Source of the DNA: Rubrivivax sp.
GTDB lineage: Bacteria > Pseudomonadota > Gammaproteobacteria > Burkholderiales > Burkholderiaceae_C
Length of the DNA stretch: 49,757 bases
Assembly (NCBI GenBank): GCA_037443345.1
Contig: JBBION010000001.1
Coordinates: forward strand, 1-49,757
Direction: 5' to 3'
Shown here piece after piece: positions 1-9,265 of the stretch. A program made the position numbers and the translations under genes. A model generated the notes under the pieces. The model worked only from the letters and a program-made list of their open reading frames with translations. It did not search any database and was not told where the DNA came from. The first letter of the stretch is position 1; each line of letters begins with the position of its first letter.

Positions 1-1394
1 CCGAGTCGCGCAGCAACTCGCTGCTGGTGCGCGCGCCGAACAACGCCAAGCTCGGCCAGGTGCGCGCGCTGATCGAGCGCCTCGACGTGCCCGGCGCCGC
101 CGGCGCGGGCGGGCAGATCTGGGTCGTGCACCTGAAGAACGCCGACGCGACGCGGCTGGCGACCGTGCTGCGCGCCGCGTTCGGCGGCGGGGCCGGCGGC
201 GGCTCGACGACGCCGACGTCGGCGCTGTCGGCGGGTGCGACGCCGACGACGCCGGGCGCCACCGGGACGGCCATGACGACGGCCACCGCGCCGCTGTCGT
301 CGTCGGCCGGACCGTCGACCGGCGGCTTCATCCAGGCCGACCCGTCGACCAACTCGCTGATCATCACGGCACCCGAGCCGCTGTACCGCCAGGTGCGCGC
401 GATGATCGAGCAGCTCGACACGCGCCGCGCGCAGGTCTACATCGAGAGCATGATCGTCGAGGTCAAGGGCGACAACGCCGCCGACTTCGGCTTCCAGTGG
501 CAGGGCGTGCTCGGCCGCCAGGGCGACCGCTTCATCGGCGGTGCCGGCACCAACTTCGGCAGCACCGGCAACATCATCGACCTCACGGCCGCCGGCCTGA
601 GCGGCAACGCGCAGGGCGTCGCGCTCGGCGAAGGCATCAACATCGGGCTGATCCGCAACTACGGCGGCACCTACGCGCTGGCGGCGATCGCGCGCATGCT
701 GCAGAGCCAGACCAGCACCAACATCGTCTCGACGCCGAACCTGATCACGCTCGACAACGAGGAGGCCAAGATCGTCGTCGGCGCCAACGTGCCGTTCATC
801 ACCGGCCAGTTCACGAACACCGGCACCGGCACGACCAACCCGTTCCAGACCATCGAGCGCAAGGACGTGGGCCTGACGCTGCGCATCAAGCCGCAGATCG
901 GCGAGGGCGGCAGCGTGCGCATGACGATCTACCAGGAGTCCTCCAGCGTCGACGCGCGCGTCGCGCCGGGCACCTCCAACGCCGGGCCGTCGACGAGCAA
1001 GCGCTCGATCGAGTCGACGGTGGTCGTCGACGACGGCGCGATCCTCGTGCTCGGCGGCCTGATCGAGGACAAGTTCGAGGAGAGCCGCTCGCAGGTGCCT
1101 CTGCTCGGCGACATCCCCGGCATCGGCGCGCTGTTCCGCAGCCAGAGCCGCACGAAGAACCGCACCAACCTGATGGTGTTCCTGCGCCCCGTGATCATGC
1201 GCGACGCCGCCAGCGCCGCGCAGCTGTCGCTCGACCGCTACGACCTGATCCGCGCGCAGCAGCAGGCGGCGCAGCCGGCGCCGAACATCCTGCTGCCCAT
1301 CGAGGGGTCGCCGGTGCTGCCGCCGGCATCCACGTCCGTGCCGGCGGCGCCCGGCGCCGTCCCCGCGCCGGCGGTGACGGCGCCCGTCAACTGA
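1..1394 (+). CDS. gspD: Type II secretion secretin GspD, 5'-truncated by the window edge
   Basis: Secretin N-domain repeats (LKNADATRLA, IQADPSTNSLII), secretin core (STPNLITLDNEEAKIVVG, VPLLGDIPGIGALFRS); directly upstream of gspE-gspF; the frame is open at the window start. Confidence 0.95.
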   Translation, partial: ESRSNSLLVRAPNNAKLGQVRALIERLDVPGAAGAGGQIWVVHLKNADATRLATVLRAAFGGGAGGGSTTPTSALSAGATPTTPGATGTAMTTATAPLSSSAGPSTGGFIQADPSTNSLIITAPEPLYRQVRAMIEQLDTRRAQVYIESMIVEVKGDNAADFGFQWQGVLGRQGDRFIGGAGTNFGSTGNIIDLTAAGLSGNAQGVALGEGINIGLIRNYGGTYALAAIARMLQSQTSTNIVSTPNLITLDNEEAKIVVGANVPFITGQFTNTGTGTTNPFQTIERKDVGLTLRIKPQIGEGGSVRMTIYQESSSVDARVAPGTSNAGPSTSKRSIESTVVVDDGAILVLGGLIEDKFEESRSQVPLLGDIPGIGALFRSQSRTKNRTNLMVFLRPVIMRDAASAAQLSLDRYDLIRAQQQAAQPAPNILLPIEGSPVLPPASTSVPAAPGAVPAPAVTAPVN

Positions 1395-1409
1395 CCCCGC
1401 CCGACGACC

Positions 1410-2831
1410 ATGGGCGCGCGCCACCCCCTGCCCTACGCTTTCGCGAAGGCGAACACGCTGCTGCTCGAGGACGACGGGCACGCGCTGACGCTGTGGGTCG
1501 GTGACACGACGCCGCCGGCGGCACTGTCGGAGGTGCTGCGCGTCTACGACGTCGAGGCCTTCGAGCGCGAGGCGGCCGCCACGCTCGCGCAGCGCATTGC
1601 CGCCGCCTACGCCGGCGGCGAGTCGAGCGCGGCGGCGGTGGTCGGCGAGGTCGAGAGCGCGGTCGACCTGTCGCGCCTGATGCAGGACCTGCCCGCCGTC
1701 GAGGACCTGCTCGAGGCCGCCGACGACGCGCCGATCATCCGCATGCTCAACGCGCTGCTGACGCAGGCGGCCAAGGACGGCGCGAGCGACATCCACATCG
1801 AGCCGTACGAGCGCAGCTCGAGCGTGCGCTTCCGCGTCGACGGCACGCTGCGCGAGGTCGTGCAGCCGAACAAGGCGCTGCACGCGGCGCTGATCTCGCG
1901 GCTGAAGATCATGGCCGAGCTCGACATCGCCGAGAAGCGCCTGCCGCAGGACGGGCGCATCAGCCTGCGCATCGGCCAGCGCGCGATCGACGTGCGCGTC
2001 TCGACACTGCCCGGCGCGCACGGCGAGCGTGCCGTGCTGCGCCTGCTCGACAAGAGCGACAGCCGCTTCACGCTCGAGAGCCTGGGCATGAGCGGCGACG
2101 TGCTCACGGGCTTCGGGCGACTCGTGCAGCAGCCGCACGGCATCGTGCTCGTCACCGGGCCCACCGGCAGCGGCAAGACGACGACGCTGTACGCGGCGCT
2201 GCAGACGCTCGACACGGCCACCACCAACGTGCTGACCGTCGAGGACCCGATCGAGTACGAGCTGCCCGGCATCGGCCAGACGCAGGTCAACCCGAAGATC
2301 GAGCTGACCTTCGCGCGCGCGCTGCGCGCGATCCTGCGCCAGGACCCCGACGTGATCATGATCGGCGAGATCCGCGACTTCGAGACGGCGCAGATCGCGA
2401 TCCAGGCGTCGCTGACCGGCCACCTCGTGCTCGCGACGCTGCACACCAACGACGCGCCCAGCGCCGTGACGCGGCTCACCGACATGGGCGTCGAGCCGTT
2501 CCTGCTGTCGAGTTCGCTGCTCGGCGTGCTCGCGCAGCGGCTCGTGCGCAAGCTGTGCCCGCGGTGCAAGCGCGCCGACGCGCAAGGGCGCTGGCACCCG
2601 GTGGGCTGCGACGCCTGCGGCCACACCGGCTACAAGGGCCGCACCGGCGTCTACGAGCTGATGGTCGCCGACGACAAGGTGCGTGCGCTGATTCACTCGC
2701 GGGCCGCCGAGAGCCAGGTCTTCGTCGCGGCGGAGGCCGCCGGCCTGAAGCCGATGCGCGAGGACGGCGAGCGCCTCGTCGACGAAGGGGTCACGTCGCT
2801 CGAGGAGGTCGTGCGCGTGACCCGCGAGTGA
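1410..2831 (+). CDS. gspE: Type II secretion ATPase GspE
   Basis: ASDIHIEP, Walker [34 protein letters not shown], His box [13 protein letters not shown], CxxC...CxxC. Confidence 0.97.
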   Translation: MGARHPLPYAFAKANTLLLEDDGHALTLWVGDTTPPAALSEVLRVYDVEAFEREAAATLAQRIAAAYAGGESSAAAVVGEVESAVDLSRLMQDLPAVEDLLEAADDAPIIRMLNALLTQAAKDGASDIHIEPYERSSSVRFRVDGTLREVVQPNKALHAALISRLKIMAELDIAEKRLPQDGRISLRIGQRAIDVRVSTLPGAHGERAVLRLLDKSDSRFTLESLGMSGDVLTGFGRLVQQPHGIVLVTGPTGSGKTTTLYAALQTLDTATTNVLTVEDPIEYELPGIGQTQVNPKIELTFARALRAILRQDPDVIMIGEIRDFETAQIAIQASLTGHLVLATLHTNDAPSAVTRLTDMGVEPFLLSSSLLGVLAQRLVRKLCPRCKRADAQGRWHPVGCDACGHTGYKGRTGVYELMVADDKVRALIHSRAAESQVFVAAEAAGLKPMREDGERLVDEGVTSLEEVVRVTRE

Positions 2832-2841
2832 CGCCGCCCGC

Positions 2842-4059
2842 ATGCCCGCCTACCGCTTCGAGGCGCTCGACGCCGCCGGCAAGTCGACCACCGGCCTGCT
2901 CGAGGCCGACAACGCCAAGGCCGCGCGCGCGCAGCTGCGCGCGCAGGCGCTGGTGCCGCTGGCGGTGTCGCCGGTGGTCGCCGGCGGCGACGCGGCACGC
3001 GGCACGGTGCGCTTTTCGCGGCGCGTGTTCACGGCGACGTCGCTGGCGGTGTGGACGCGCCAGCTCGCCGGCCTCGTGACCTCGGGGCTGCCGCTCGAGC
3101 GCGCGCTGACCGCGCTCGCCGACGAGGCCGAGGACGCGCGCCAGCGCGAGCTGGTGGCACACCTGAAGAGCGAGGTCAACGCCGGCAGCGCGTTCGCGCG
3201 CGCGCTGGCCAGCGCCCCGCGCGAGTTCGACGACGTGTACCGCGCCGTCGTCGCGGCCGGCGAACAGAGCGGCGCGCTCGGGCAGGTGCTCGAGCGCCTG
3301 GCCGACGACCTCGAGGCGCGCCAGGCGCTCAAGGCCAAGCTGATCGGCGCGACGCTGTACCCGGCGATCGTCTCGCTGATCGCCGTCGTGATCGTCGTCT
3401 TCCTCGTGACCTACGTCGTGCCGCAGGTGGCCAGCGTGTTCTCCAGCTCGAAGCGCGCGCTGCCGATGCTGACGGTGGCGATGCTCGCGGTCAGCGACTT
3501 CGTGCGCGGCTGGGGCTGGCTCGTCGCGCTCGCGCTGGCCGGGGGCGCGGCCGCGCTGGCGCTGGCGCTGCGCAGCGCCGCGTTTCGCGAGCGCTTCGAC
3601 GCGGCGTGGCTCACGCTGCCGCTGGTCGGGCGGCTCTCGCGCGGCTACAACGCGGCGCGCTTCGCCGGCACGCTGGCGATGCTCGCCGGCGCCGGCGTGC
3701 CGATCCTGAAGGCGCTGCAGGCGGCGGCCGAGACGCTGGCCAACCGCGCGCTGCGCGCCGACGCGATGGACGCGCTGGTGCAGGTGCGCGAAGGCGCGCC
3801 GCTGGCCGCCGCGCTGGCCGCCAAGAAGCGGTTTCCGGGGCTGCTGGCGATGTTCGCGCGGCTGGGCGAGCAGACCGGCACGCTGCCGAAGATGCTGCAG
3901 CGCGCGGCCGACCAGCAAGGTGCCGAGGTGCAGCGCCGCGCGATGGCGCTGGCGACGATCCTCGAGCCGCTGCTGATCGTCGCGATGGGCGCCGTCGTGA
4001 TGCTGATCGTGCTGGCGGTGCTGCTGCCGATCATCCAGCTCAACACCTGGGTCAGGTGA
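2842..4059 (+). CDS. gspF: Type II secretion inner-membrane platform protein GspF
   Basis: MPAYRFEALD start, two GspF/PilC domains (GEQSGAL, GEQTGTL), TM segments, LEPLLIV motif; follows gspE. Confidence 0.96.
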   Translation: MPAYRFEALDAAGKSTTGLLEADNAKAARAQLRAQALVPLAVSPVVAGGDAARGTVRFSRRVFTATSLAVWTRQLAGLVTSGLPLERALTALADEAEDARQRELVAHLKSEVNAGSAFARALASAPREFDDVYRAVVAAGEQSGALGQVLERLADDLEARQALKAKLIGATLYPAIVSLIAVVIVVFLVTYVVPQVASVFSSSKRALPMLTVAMLAVSDFVRGWGWLVALALAGGAAALALALRSAAFRERFDAAWLTLPLVGRLSRGYNAARFAGTLAMLAGAGVPILKALQAAAETLANRALRADAMDALVQVREGAPLAAALAAKKRFPGLLAMFARLGEQTGTLPKMLQRAADQQGAEVQRRAMALATILEPLLIVAMGAVVMLIVLAVLLPIIQLNTWVR

Positions 4060-4144
4060 CCCCCCCGAAGCGCCAGCGGCGCCTCCCCCCAGGGGGGCGC
4101 CGCTGGCGGACCGGCGGAGCCGGATCCGCGGCGGCTGCTGGACG
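4060..4144 (+). repeat. Dispersed palindromic repeat family A, copy 1
   Basis: CCCCCCGAAGCGCC-AGC-GGCGCCTC-CCCCCAGGGGGG-CGCCGCTGGCGGACCGGCGGAGCCGGATCCGCGGCGGC; aligns by eye to copies at 12063, 13112, 16690 and 34381. Confidence 0.9.
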
Positions 4145-4334
4145 GCGTCGCACTTGTTCGACGCACCGCTGCGTGGCACCACGGTGGACCGAGATGCCAC
4201 CGACGGTCGGTCGCAGGCGCGTGTCTTGCTTGCCTGCGGCGTGCAGTTGTCGGGATTTCCCCCGCTGCTCCGGGCTTGAAACCCGGCCCGGTTTGCTTGA
4301 ATCATCCGCAGGTGTGCAGGGTCTGGAGGTGTGC

Positions 4335-5333
4335 ATGACGACGTCGCACGATCTCGTTGCCGTGGCCGATCGCCGCGCGATCCCGATCGCGAAGATGCGC
4401 ACCGTGTTCCGCGTCGATGACGTCGAGAAGCGGCTGGCCAAGCTGCCGCCGAAGGAGCACGAGGCGCTGCGCAGCACCTACGAGCGCATGCTCGAGAAGG
4501 GCCCCGAGCGCTTCCAGGTCAAGCCCGCCGGCGTGCCGGCGATGGACCACCTGTACGACGAACTGCCCAACTTCCACGCGGTGCTCGACGACGTGAAGCG
4601 CCAGCTGGCGCTGTGCGAGGACGGCCGCGACGCCCTCGAGATCACGCCGATGCTGCTGCTGGGCCCGCCGGGCGTGGGCAAGACGCACTTCGCGCGCGAG
4701 GTGTCGCAGCTGCTGGGCACGGGGCTGGGCTTCATCTCGATGAGCTCGCTGACCGCCGGCTGGGTGCTGTCGGGCGCGTCGAGCCAGTGGAAGGGCGCGC
4801 GCCCGGGCAAGGTGTTCGAGACGCTGGTCGACGGCGCCTACGCCAACCCGGTGATGGTCGTCGACGAGATCGACAAGGCGCGCGGCGAGCACGCCTACGA
4901 CCCGCTCGGCGCGCTGTACAGCCTGCTCGAGCACGACACGGCGCACCACTTCACCGACGAGTTCGCCGAGGTCGCGATCGACGCCAGCCAGGTGATCTGG
5001 GTCGCCACCGCCAACGACGAGCGCGCGATCCCCGAGCCGATCCTCAACCGGATGAACGTCTACCAGGTGCAGATGCCCGACCGCGACGCCGCGCGCGCGA
5101 TCGCGCTGCGCCTGTACGCGGGCATCCGCGCCGGCCACGCCTGGGGCGAGCGCTTCGACCCACAGCCCGGCGAGGCCGTGCTCGAGCGCATGAGCGAGCT
5201 CGCGCCGCGCGAGATGCGCCGCGCGTGGATGACGGCGTTCGGCAACGCCAAGCTCGACGGCCGCGGCACCGTCGAGGTGCGCGACCTGCCCGAGCCGAAC
5301 GGCAAGCGCAGCCCGATCGGGTTCGTTCACTAG
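4335..5333 (+). CDS. AAA+ ATPase, Lon-like ATPase module only (no N-domain or protease domain)
   Basis: GGAGG RBS at 4325 then ATG 4335; Walker A LLLGPPGVGKTHFA, Lon-like NPVMVVDEIDK, FTDEFAEVAID, VATAN, ILNRM; C-terminal IGF. Confidence 0.85.
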   Translation: MTTSHDLVAVADRRAIPIAKMRTVFRVDDVEKRLAKLPPKEHEALRSTYERMLEKGPERFQVKPAGVPAMDHLYDELPNFHAVLDDVKRQLALCEDGRDALEITPMLLLGPPGVGKTHFAREVSQLLGTGLGFISMSSLTAGWVLSGASSQWKGARPGKVFETLVDGAYANPVMVVDEIDKARGEHAYDPLGALYSLLEHDTAHHFTDEFAEVAIDASQVIWVATANDERAIPEPILNRMNVYQVQMPDRDAARAIALRLYAGIRAGHAWGERFDPQPGEAVLERMSELAPREMRRAWMTAFGNAKLDGRGTVEVRDLPEPNGKRSPIGFVH

Positions 5334-5370
5334 CCGCACGGCGCGCCGCGGCGCGCGTACCATCGCCGCC

Positions 5371-6309
5371 ATGCCCGCGTCGCTCGCCGGCCGCCTCGTG
5401 GTGGCCATCTCGTCGCGCGCGCTGTTCGACTTCGAGGACGAGAACCGCGTCTTCGAAGCGGGCGACGACCGCGCTTACATGCAGCTGCAACTCGCGCGGC
5501 TCGACGAGCCGGCGCGCCCCGGCGTCGCGTTCTCGCTCGTGCACAAGCTGCTGGCGTTCAACGCCGACGCTGCCGCACGCGAGCGTGTCGAGGTCGTCAT
5601 GCTGTCGCGCAACGATCCCGCCTCGGGACTGCGCGTGTTCCGCTCGGCGCGGCACTACGGGCTGGCGATCGATCGCGGCGTGTTCACGCGCGGCGAGAGC
5701 CCGTGGCGCTACCTCAAGCCGCTGAAGGCCAACCTGTTCCTGTCGGCCAACGAGGCCGACGTGCGCCAGGCGCTGGCCGCCGGCGTGACCGCCGCGCGCG
5801 TGTACCCGCACAGCGCGCGCGCCTCGGAGCACCACCCGCACGAGGTGCGCATCGCCTTCGACGGCGACGCCGTGCTGTTCTCCGACGAGGCCGAGCGCGT
5901 CTACCGCAGCGGCGGCCTCGACGCCTTCCAGCACCACGAGCACGCCCGCGCCGGCACGCCGCTGGCGCCCGGCCCGTTCAAGCCGCTGCTCGAGGCGCTG
6001 CACCGGCTGCAGCAGCAGCCCGGCGGCGGCATGCGCATCCGCACGGCGCTCGTGACGGCGCGCAGCGCCCCGGCGCACGAGCGCGCGATCCGCACGCTGA
6101 TGGACTGGCGCATCGACGTCGACGAGGCGATGTTCCTCGGCGGGCTGCCCAAGGGCGAGTTCCTGCGCGCGTTCGAGCCCGACTTCTTCTTCGACGACCA
6201 GACCGGCCACGTCGAGCACGCGGCCGGGCACGTGCCGGCCGGGCACGTGGCTGCCGGCATCGCCAACGTCGACGCCGACGCCGTCGTGCCCACCGGCGGC
6301 GACGCATGA
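5371..6309 (+). CDS. 5'-nucleotidase (cN-I-like HAD family)
   Basis: LVVAISSRALFD, RIAFDGDAVLFSDEAE, LVTARSAPAHERAIRTL, FFDDQ motifs. Confidence 0.92.
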   Translation: MPASLAGRLVVAISSRALFDFEDENRVFEAGDDRAYMQLQLARLDEPARPGVAFSLVHKLLAFNADAAARERVEVVMLSRNDPASGLRVFRSARHYGLAIDRGVFTRGESPWRYLKPLKANLFLSANEADVRQALAAGVTAARVYPHSARASEHHPHEVRIAFDGDAVLFSDEAERVYRSGGLDAFQHHEHARAGTPLAPGPFKPLLEALHRLQQQPGGGMRIRTALVTARSAPAHERAIRTLMDWRIDVDEAMFLGGLPKGEFLRAFEPDFFFDDQTGHVEHAAGHVPAGHVAAGIANVDADAVVPTGGDA

Positions 6310-6521
6310 CGACGCCGTGGCGGCGGCTGTGGCAGCCGCGGCGGCCGCTGTTCTGGCTGTGGGTCGCGTTCAGTGCGCTGTCGTCGGTGTTCGGCTGGGC
6401 GCTGCGGTTGCCGGGCCTGACCGATGCCGGCGTCGTGCTGTTCGGGCTGCTCGCGCTGGCCAACGTCGCCGCGTCGCTCGTCGTGCTGTGGCGGCTGCTC
6501 GCCACGCCCGAGCGGCCGTGA
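6306..6521 (+). CDS. Small (71 aa) two-TM membrane protein
   Basis: ATGA overlap with the nucleotidase stop; MTTPWRRLWQPRRPLFWLWVAFSALSS... with two hydrophobic helices. Confidence 0.65.
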   Translation: MTTPWRRLWQPRRPLFWLWVAFSALSSVFGWALRLPGLTDAGVVLFGLLALANVAASLVVLWRLLATPERP

Positions 6522-6540
6522 GCCGCGCGGGGCGGATGGC

Positions 6541-8271
6541 TTAGGGTTCGTCGTCGTCGTCGCCGGGCACCTCGGGCAGCCGGCAGCCGGGACGCACCGC
6601 GGGGCTCTGGAACATCCACCACTCGCGCCGGTCGGAGTGGCCGATCACCTTCGCCGCGGACCGCTCGACGCATGGCGCCACCGCGGTGCCGAGCGCGAAC
6701 ACCCAGCGCCGGTCGGGTGCCTGCGACATCCAGGCCACCGCGCGGTCGAACTGCACCGCGCCCGGCGCGCGGAAGCCGAAGTCGCGCACCGGTCGAGGCG
6801 CCATCAGCAGGTCCTGCTCCTTCCACTTCACCAGGCCGATCTCGCCCTGCGGCCCGGCGAGCCGATCGGCCGCGGCCATCACGCCGGCCGCTGACACCGC
6901 GCGATTGGCGATCGGCGCGATCGCGAGCCCCCAGATCAACCAGAACACCGCCAACCCGGCGAGCAGCGCGTGCATGCCGCGGCGTACCCGTCCGACCGCG
7001 GCAGCGACCAGCCACGCGGCACCGGCCACCGTCACCCATCGCGCGAGCGCCAGCGCCTCGTCGGTCAACCCGCGCACGGTGGCCATCGTGTCGAGCCAAC
7101 GCCACTGGCCCGATGCCGCCCACAGGCCCGCGGACACCAGGCCCAAGCCGAGCAGCGCGGCGAGCGCCAGCGCGGCGCCGTGCAGCCAGCGCGCGTCGGC
7201 GATGCGCTCGAGCGTGGGGGCGAGCGCCACCGCGAGCATCGGCAGGATCGGCAGGATGTAGACCTCGCGCTTTCCCGCCGCCGCGCTGAAGAACAGGACG
7301 ACGAGGATCGCCCACGCCAGCGGCAGCCACACGCGCGCGTCACGCGCGCGCCAGGCCGCGGCGGCGTCGCGCGCGCCGGCGCCGTAGGCCAGCGACAGCG
7401 GCAGAAAGTGCAGCAGCACGATGGGCACGTACTCGTAGAACGGCCGGATGTGCTGCCGCAGCACGCCGACGTAGCGATCCGCCGTCTGGTGGAACAACAC
7501 GTTGTGCACGTACCCCAGGTACTCCGGCGTGCCGCGCGACAACGCCATCCACAGCATCGGCGCCAGCCAGATCGCGGCACCGGCGACGAAGGCGAGCACG
7601 GCCAGCGCCCAGCGAAACGCGTCGCCGCGCGCCGCGATCACCGGCGTCACCCGCGGCCAGCCGCCGCGGCGCATCAGCAGGTAGGGCAGCAGCATCAGCG
7701 GCACCAGCACGCCCACCACCTTGGTGATGACGGCCAGCCCGGCGGCGAAGGCGCCCAGCCACAGCGCCCGCCAGTTCGGGCCGTCGACGAGGTGGCGCAG
7801 CACGCCCCAGTGGGCCAGCGTCAGCAGCGCCGTGACCAGCGGGTCGATCTGCGCGCGCTTGAACTGGAACGTGAACATCAGCGCGCTGAGCACCGCCAGC
7901 GCGGCCAGCCAGCCGGCGCGCGGCGACCACCAGCGCCGGCCGAGGTCCCACACCAACACCAGCGTCAGCAGGCCCGACAACAGCGAAGGCAGCAGGAACG
8001 CAATGCGCCAGTCGCCCACCACGTGGTACGACAGACCCTGCAGCCACATCAGCATCGGCGGCTTGTCGGGATACAGCTCCATGCCGCGGTGCGGGAACAG
8101 CCAGTCGCCCGACTCAACCATCTGCCGCGCCACGAGCGCGAAGCGCGGCTCGTCGGCCGGCCACGGGTCGCGCAGGCCGATGCCCGCACCGAGCACCACG
8201 GCGGCCGCCAGCAGCAGCCACAGCAGTGCGCGGCGGTCGCGGGGCGTGGTGGGAACGGGCAAGGGCGACAT
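6541..8271 (-). CDS. ArnT/PMT-like (GT-C) integral membrane glycosyltransferase
   Basis: WPADEPRFALVARQMVESGDWLFP, YPDKPPMLMW, KREVYILP motifs; many TM helices; start placed at MSPLPV, uncertain. Confidence 0.88.
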   Translation of the reverse strand: MSPLPVPTTPRDRRALLWLLLAAAVVLGAGIGLRDPWPADEPRFALVARQMVESGDWLFPHRGMELYPDKPPMLMWLQGLSYHVVGDWRIAFLLPSLLSGLLTLVLVWDLGRRWWSPRAGWLAALAVLSALMFTFQFKRAQIDPLVTALLTLAHWGVLRHLVDGPNWRALWLGAFAAGLAVITKVVGVLVPLMLLPYLLMRRGGWPRVTPVIAARGDAFRWALAVLAFVAGAAIWLAPMLWMALSRGTPEYLGYVHNVLFHQTADRYVGVLRQHIRPFYEYVPIVLLHFLPLSLAYGAGARDAAAAWRARDARVWLPLAWAILVVLFFSAAAGKREVYILPILPMLAVALAPTLERIADARWLHGAALALAALLGLGLVSAGLWAASGQWRWLDTMATVRGLTDEALALARWVTVAGAAWLVAAAVGRVRRGMHALLAGLAVFWLIWGLAIAPIANRAVSAAGVMAAADRLAGPQGEIGLVKWKEQDLLMAPRPVRDFGFRAPGAVQFDRAVAWMSQAPDRRWVFALGTAVAPCVERSAAKVIGHSDRREWWMFQSPAVRPGCRLPEVPGDDDDEP

Positions 8272-8359
8272 CGAACGCCGCCCGGCATGCGATGCGGCCC
8301 CAGGCATTCTGCGTGCGCCGCGCTCGCGGGCGCACCGGTCGCCCACGACCGGCGTCGGC

Positions 8360-8376
8360 CTTAATCCGGGCTTAAG
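8360..8376 (-). promoter_or_regulatory. PmrA/BasR-type direct-repeat box upstream of the ArnT-like gene
   Basis: CTTAAT-ccggg-CTTAAG matches YTTAAK-N5-YTTAAK; AT-rich island in a GC-rich spacer. Confidence 0.65.
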
Positions 8377-8385
8377 ACACCCCGG

Positions 8386-9144
8386 CTACGCCGCCGCCGG
8401 CGCCGGGTCGTACCGCCGCAGCGCGTCGAGGTCCACGACGCGCACGCCGCCGTACTCGATGCGGATCAGGCCGGCGTGCTGCAGCGCGTGCAGCGCCTCG
8501 TTGACGCGCTGGCGCGACAGGCCGACGAGGTAGCCCAACTCCTGCTGCGTGATGCGCAGCACCTCGCCGACGCCCGGGTACAGCACGGGGTGGAACAGCG
8601 CGGCCAGGCTGCGCGCGACGCGCTGGTCGGGGCTGGTCATGCGGTCGATCTCGCGCGCGGCGATGAACTGCCCCAGCCGCTCGTTGAGCTGCTGCATCAC
8701 GAAGCGGTTGAAGCCGATGCTGCGGTCGAGCAGCCAGTCGAAGGTGCGCACCGAGATGCCGGCCACCAGGCTGCGCCGCAGCGCGAGGATGTTGTAGCGG
8801 TACGGCTCGTGCTTGAGCACGGTGCCCTCGCCGAACCAGCCGCCGGGCGGCACGCCAGTGAACGTGATCGGCACGCCCATCGCGGTGTCGTTGCTCATCT
8901 TCAGCAACCCGTCGATGAGGCCGAACCAGTAAGTGACGGGGCGGCCGACGCGGCACACGTGCTCGCCGGCCTCGACCTGCACGACGCGCAGGTCGGCTTC
9001 GGCCACGGCGAGCTCGTCGGCACGCAGCGTGCGCAACCACGGGATGCCCTGCAACTCGTCGGCGCGCAGCGTGCGCGAGCGGGCGAGCAGCGCCGGGGCG
9101 CCGGGTGCGACGGCGTTCACTTCGGGAAAGGCCGCATAGGACAA
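8386..9144 (-). CDS. CRP/FNR family transcriptional regulator
   Basis: cNMP-binding barrel (GWFGEG) and C-terminal HTH LRITQQELGYLVGLSRQRVNEAL; start uncertain (TTG 9144 or GTG 9120). Confidence 0.92.
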   Translation of the reverse strand: MSYAAFPEVNAVAPGAPALLARSRTLRADELQGIPWLRTLRADELAVAEADLRVVQVEAGEHVCRVGRPVTYWFGLIDGLLKMSNDTAMGVPITFTGVPPGGWFGEGTVLKHEPYRYNILALRRSLVAGISVRTFDWLLDRSIGFNRFVMQQLNERLGQFIAAREIDRMTSPDQRVARSLAALFHPVLYPGVGEVLRITQQELGYLVGLSRQRVNEALHALQHAGLIRIEYGGVRVVDLDALRRYDPAPAAA

Positions 9145-9153
9145 GCCCGAGGA

Positions 9154-9197
9154 TTGTCGTCACAACGACAAGCCGGCGTCAAACTTGTTTCCACAAT
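9154..9197 (+). promoter_or_regulatory. Palindromic CRP-type operator TTGTCGT-CACA-ACGACAA plus -10 CACAAT
   Basis: Perfect 7-bp inverted repeat 9154-9171 with 5-6-5 geometry; -10-like hexamer at 9192-9197. Confidence 0.75.
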
Positions 9198-9265
9198 CGA
9201 CGCTCACCAAGTGCCCGCAGAGGCACCGTGCGAGCCCCCGACCCTGGCGCCACGAGGAGACGTCC

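Noticed and set aside
180-330. Gly/Thr/Ser-rich low-complexity stretch in gspD
   Set aside because: An ordinary disordered loop of the secretin N3 domain, not a repeat element.
4060-4144. Repeat family A as an IS element, tRNA or intrinsic terminator
   Set aside because: No terminal inverted repeats or clear target duplication, no cloverleaf with T/D-loop consensus, no U-tract, and it occurs in both orientations inside operons.
4275-4301. Possible sigma32 promoter for the AAA ATPase (CTTGAA twice, 21 bp apart)
   Set aside because: No CCCCAT-like -10 at the right spacing. It could be a direct-repeat site, but the support is too weak.
3051-5333. 760-aa ORF suggesting a long N-terminal extension of the AAA ATPase
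   Set aside because: The first third overlaps gspF out of frame, and a strong GGAGG RBS supports ATG 4335. Only the GTG 4056 read-through is kept as a hypothesis.
4335-6521. ATPase + nucleotidase + TM protein as an anti-phage system
   Set aside because: Host-like codon usage, core-genome context, no mobile or defence neighbours, and the nucleotidase seems to have its own promoter.
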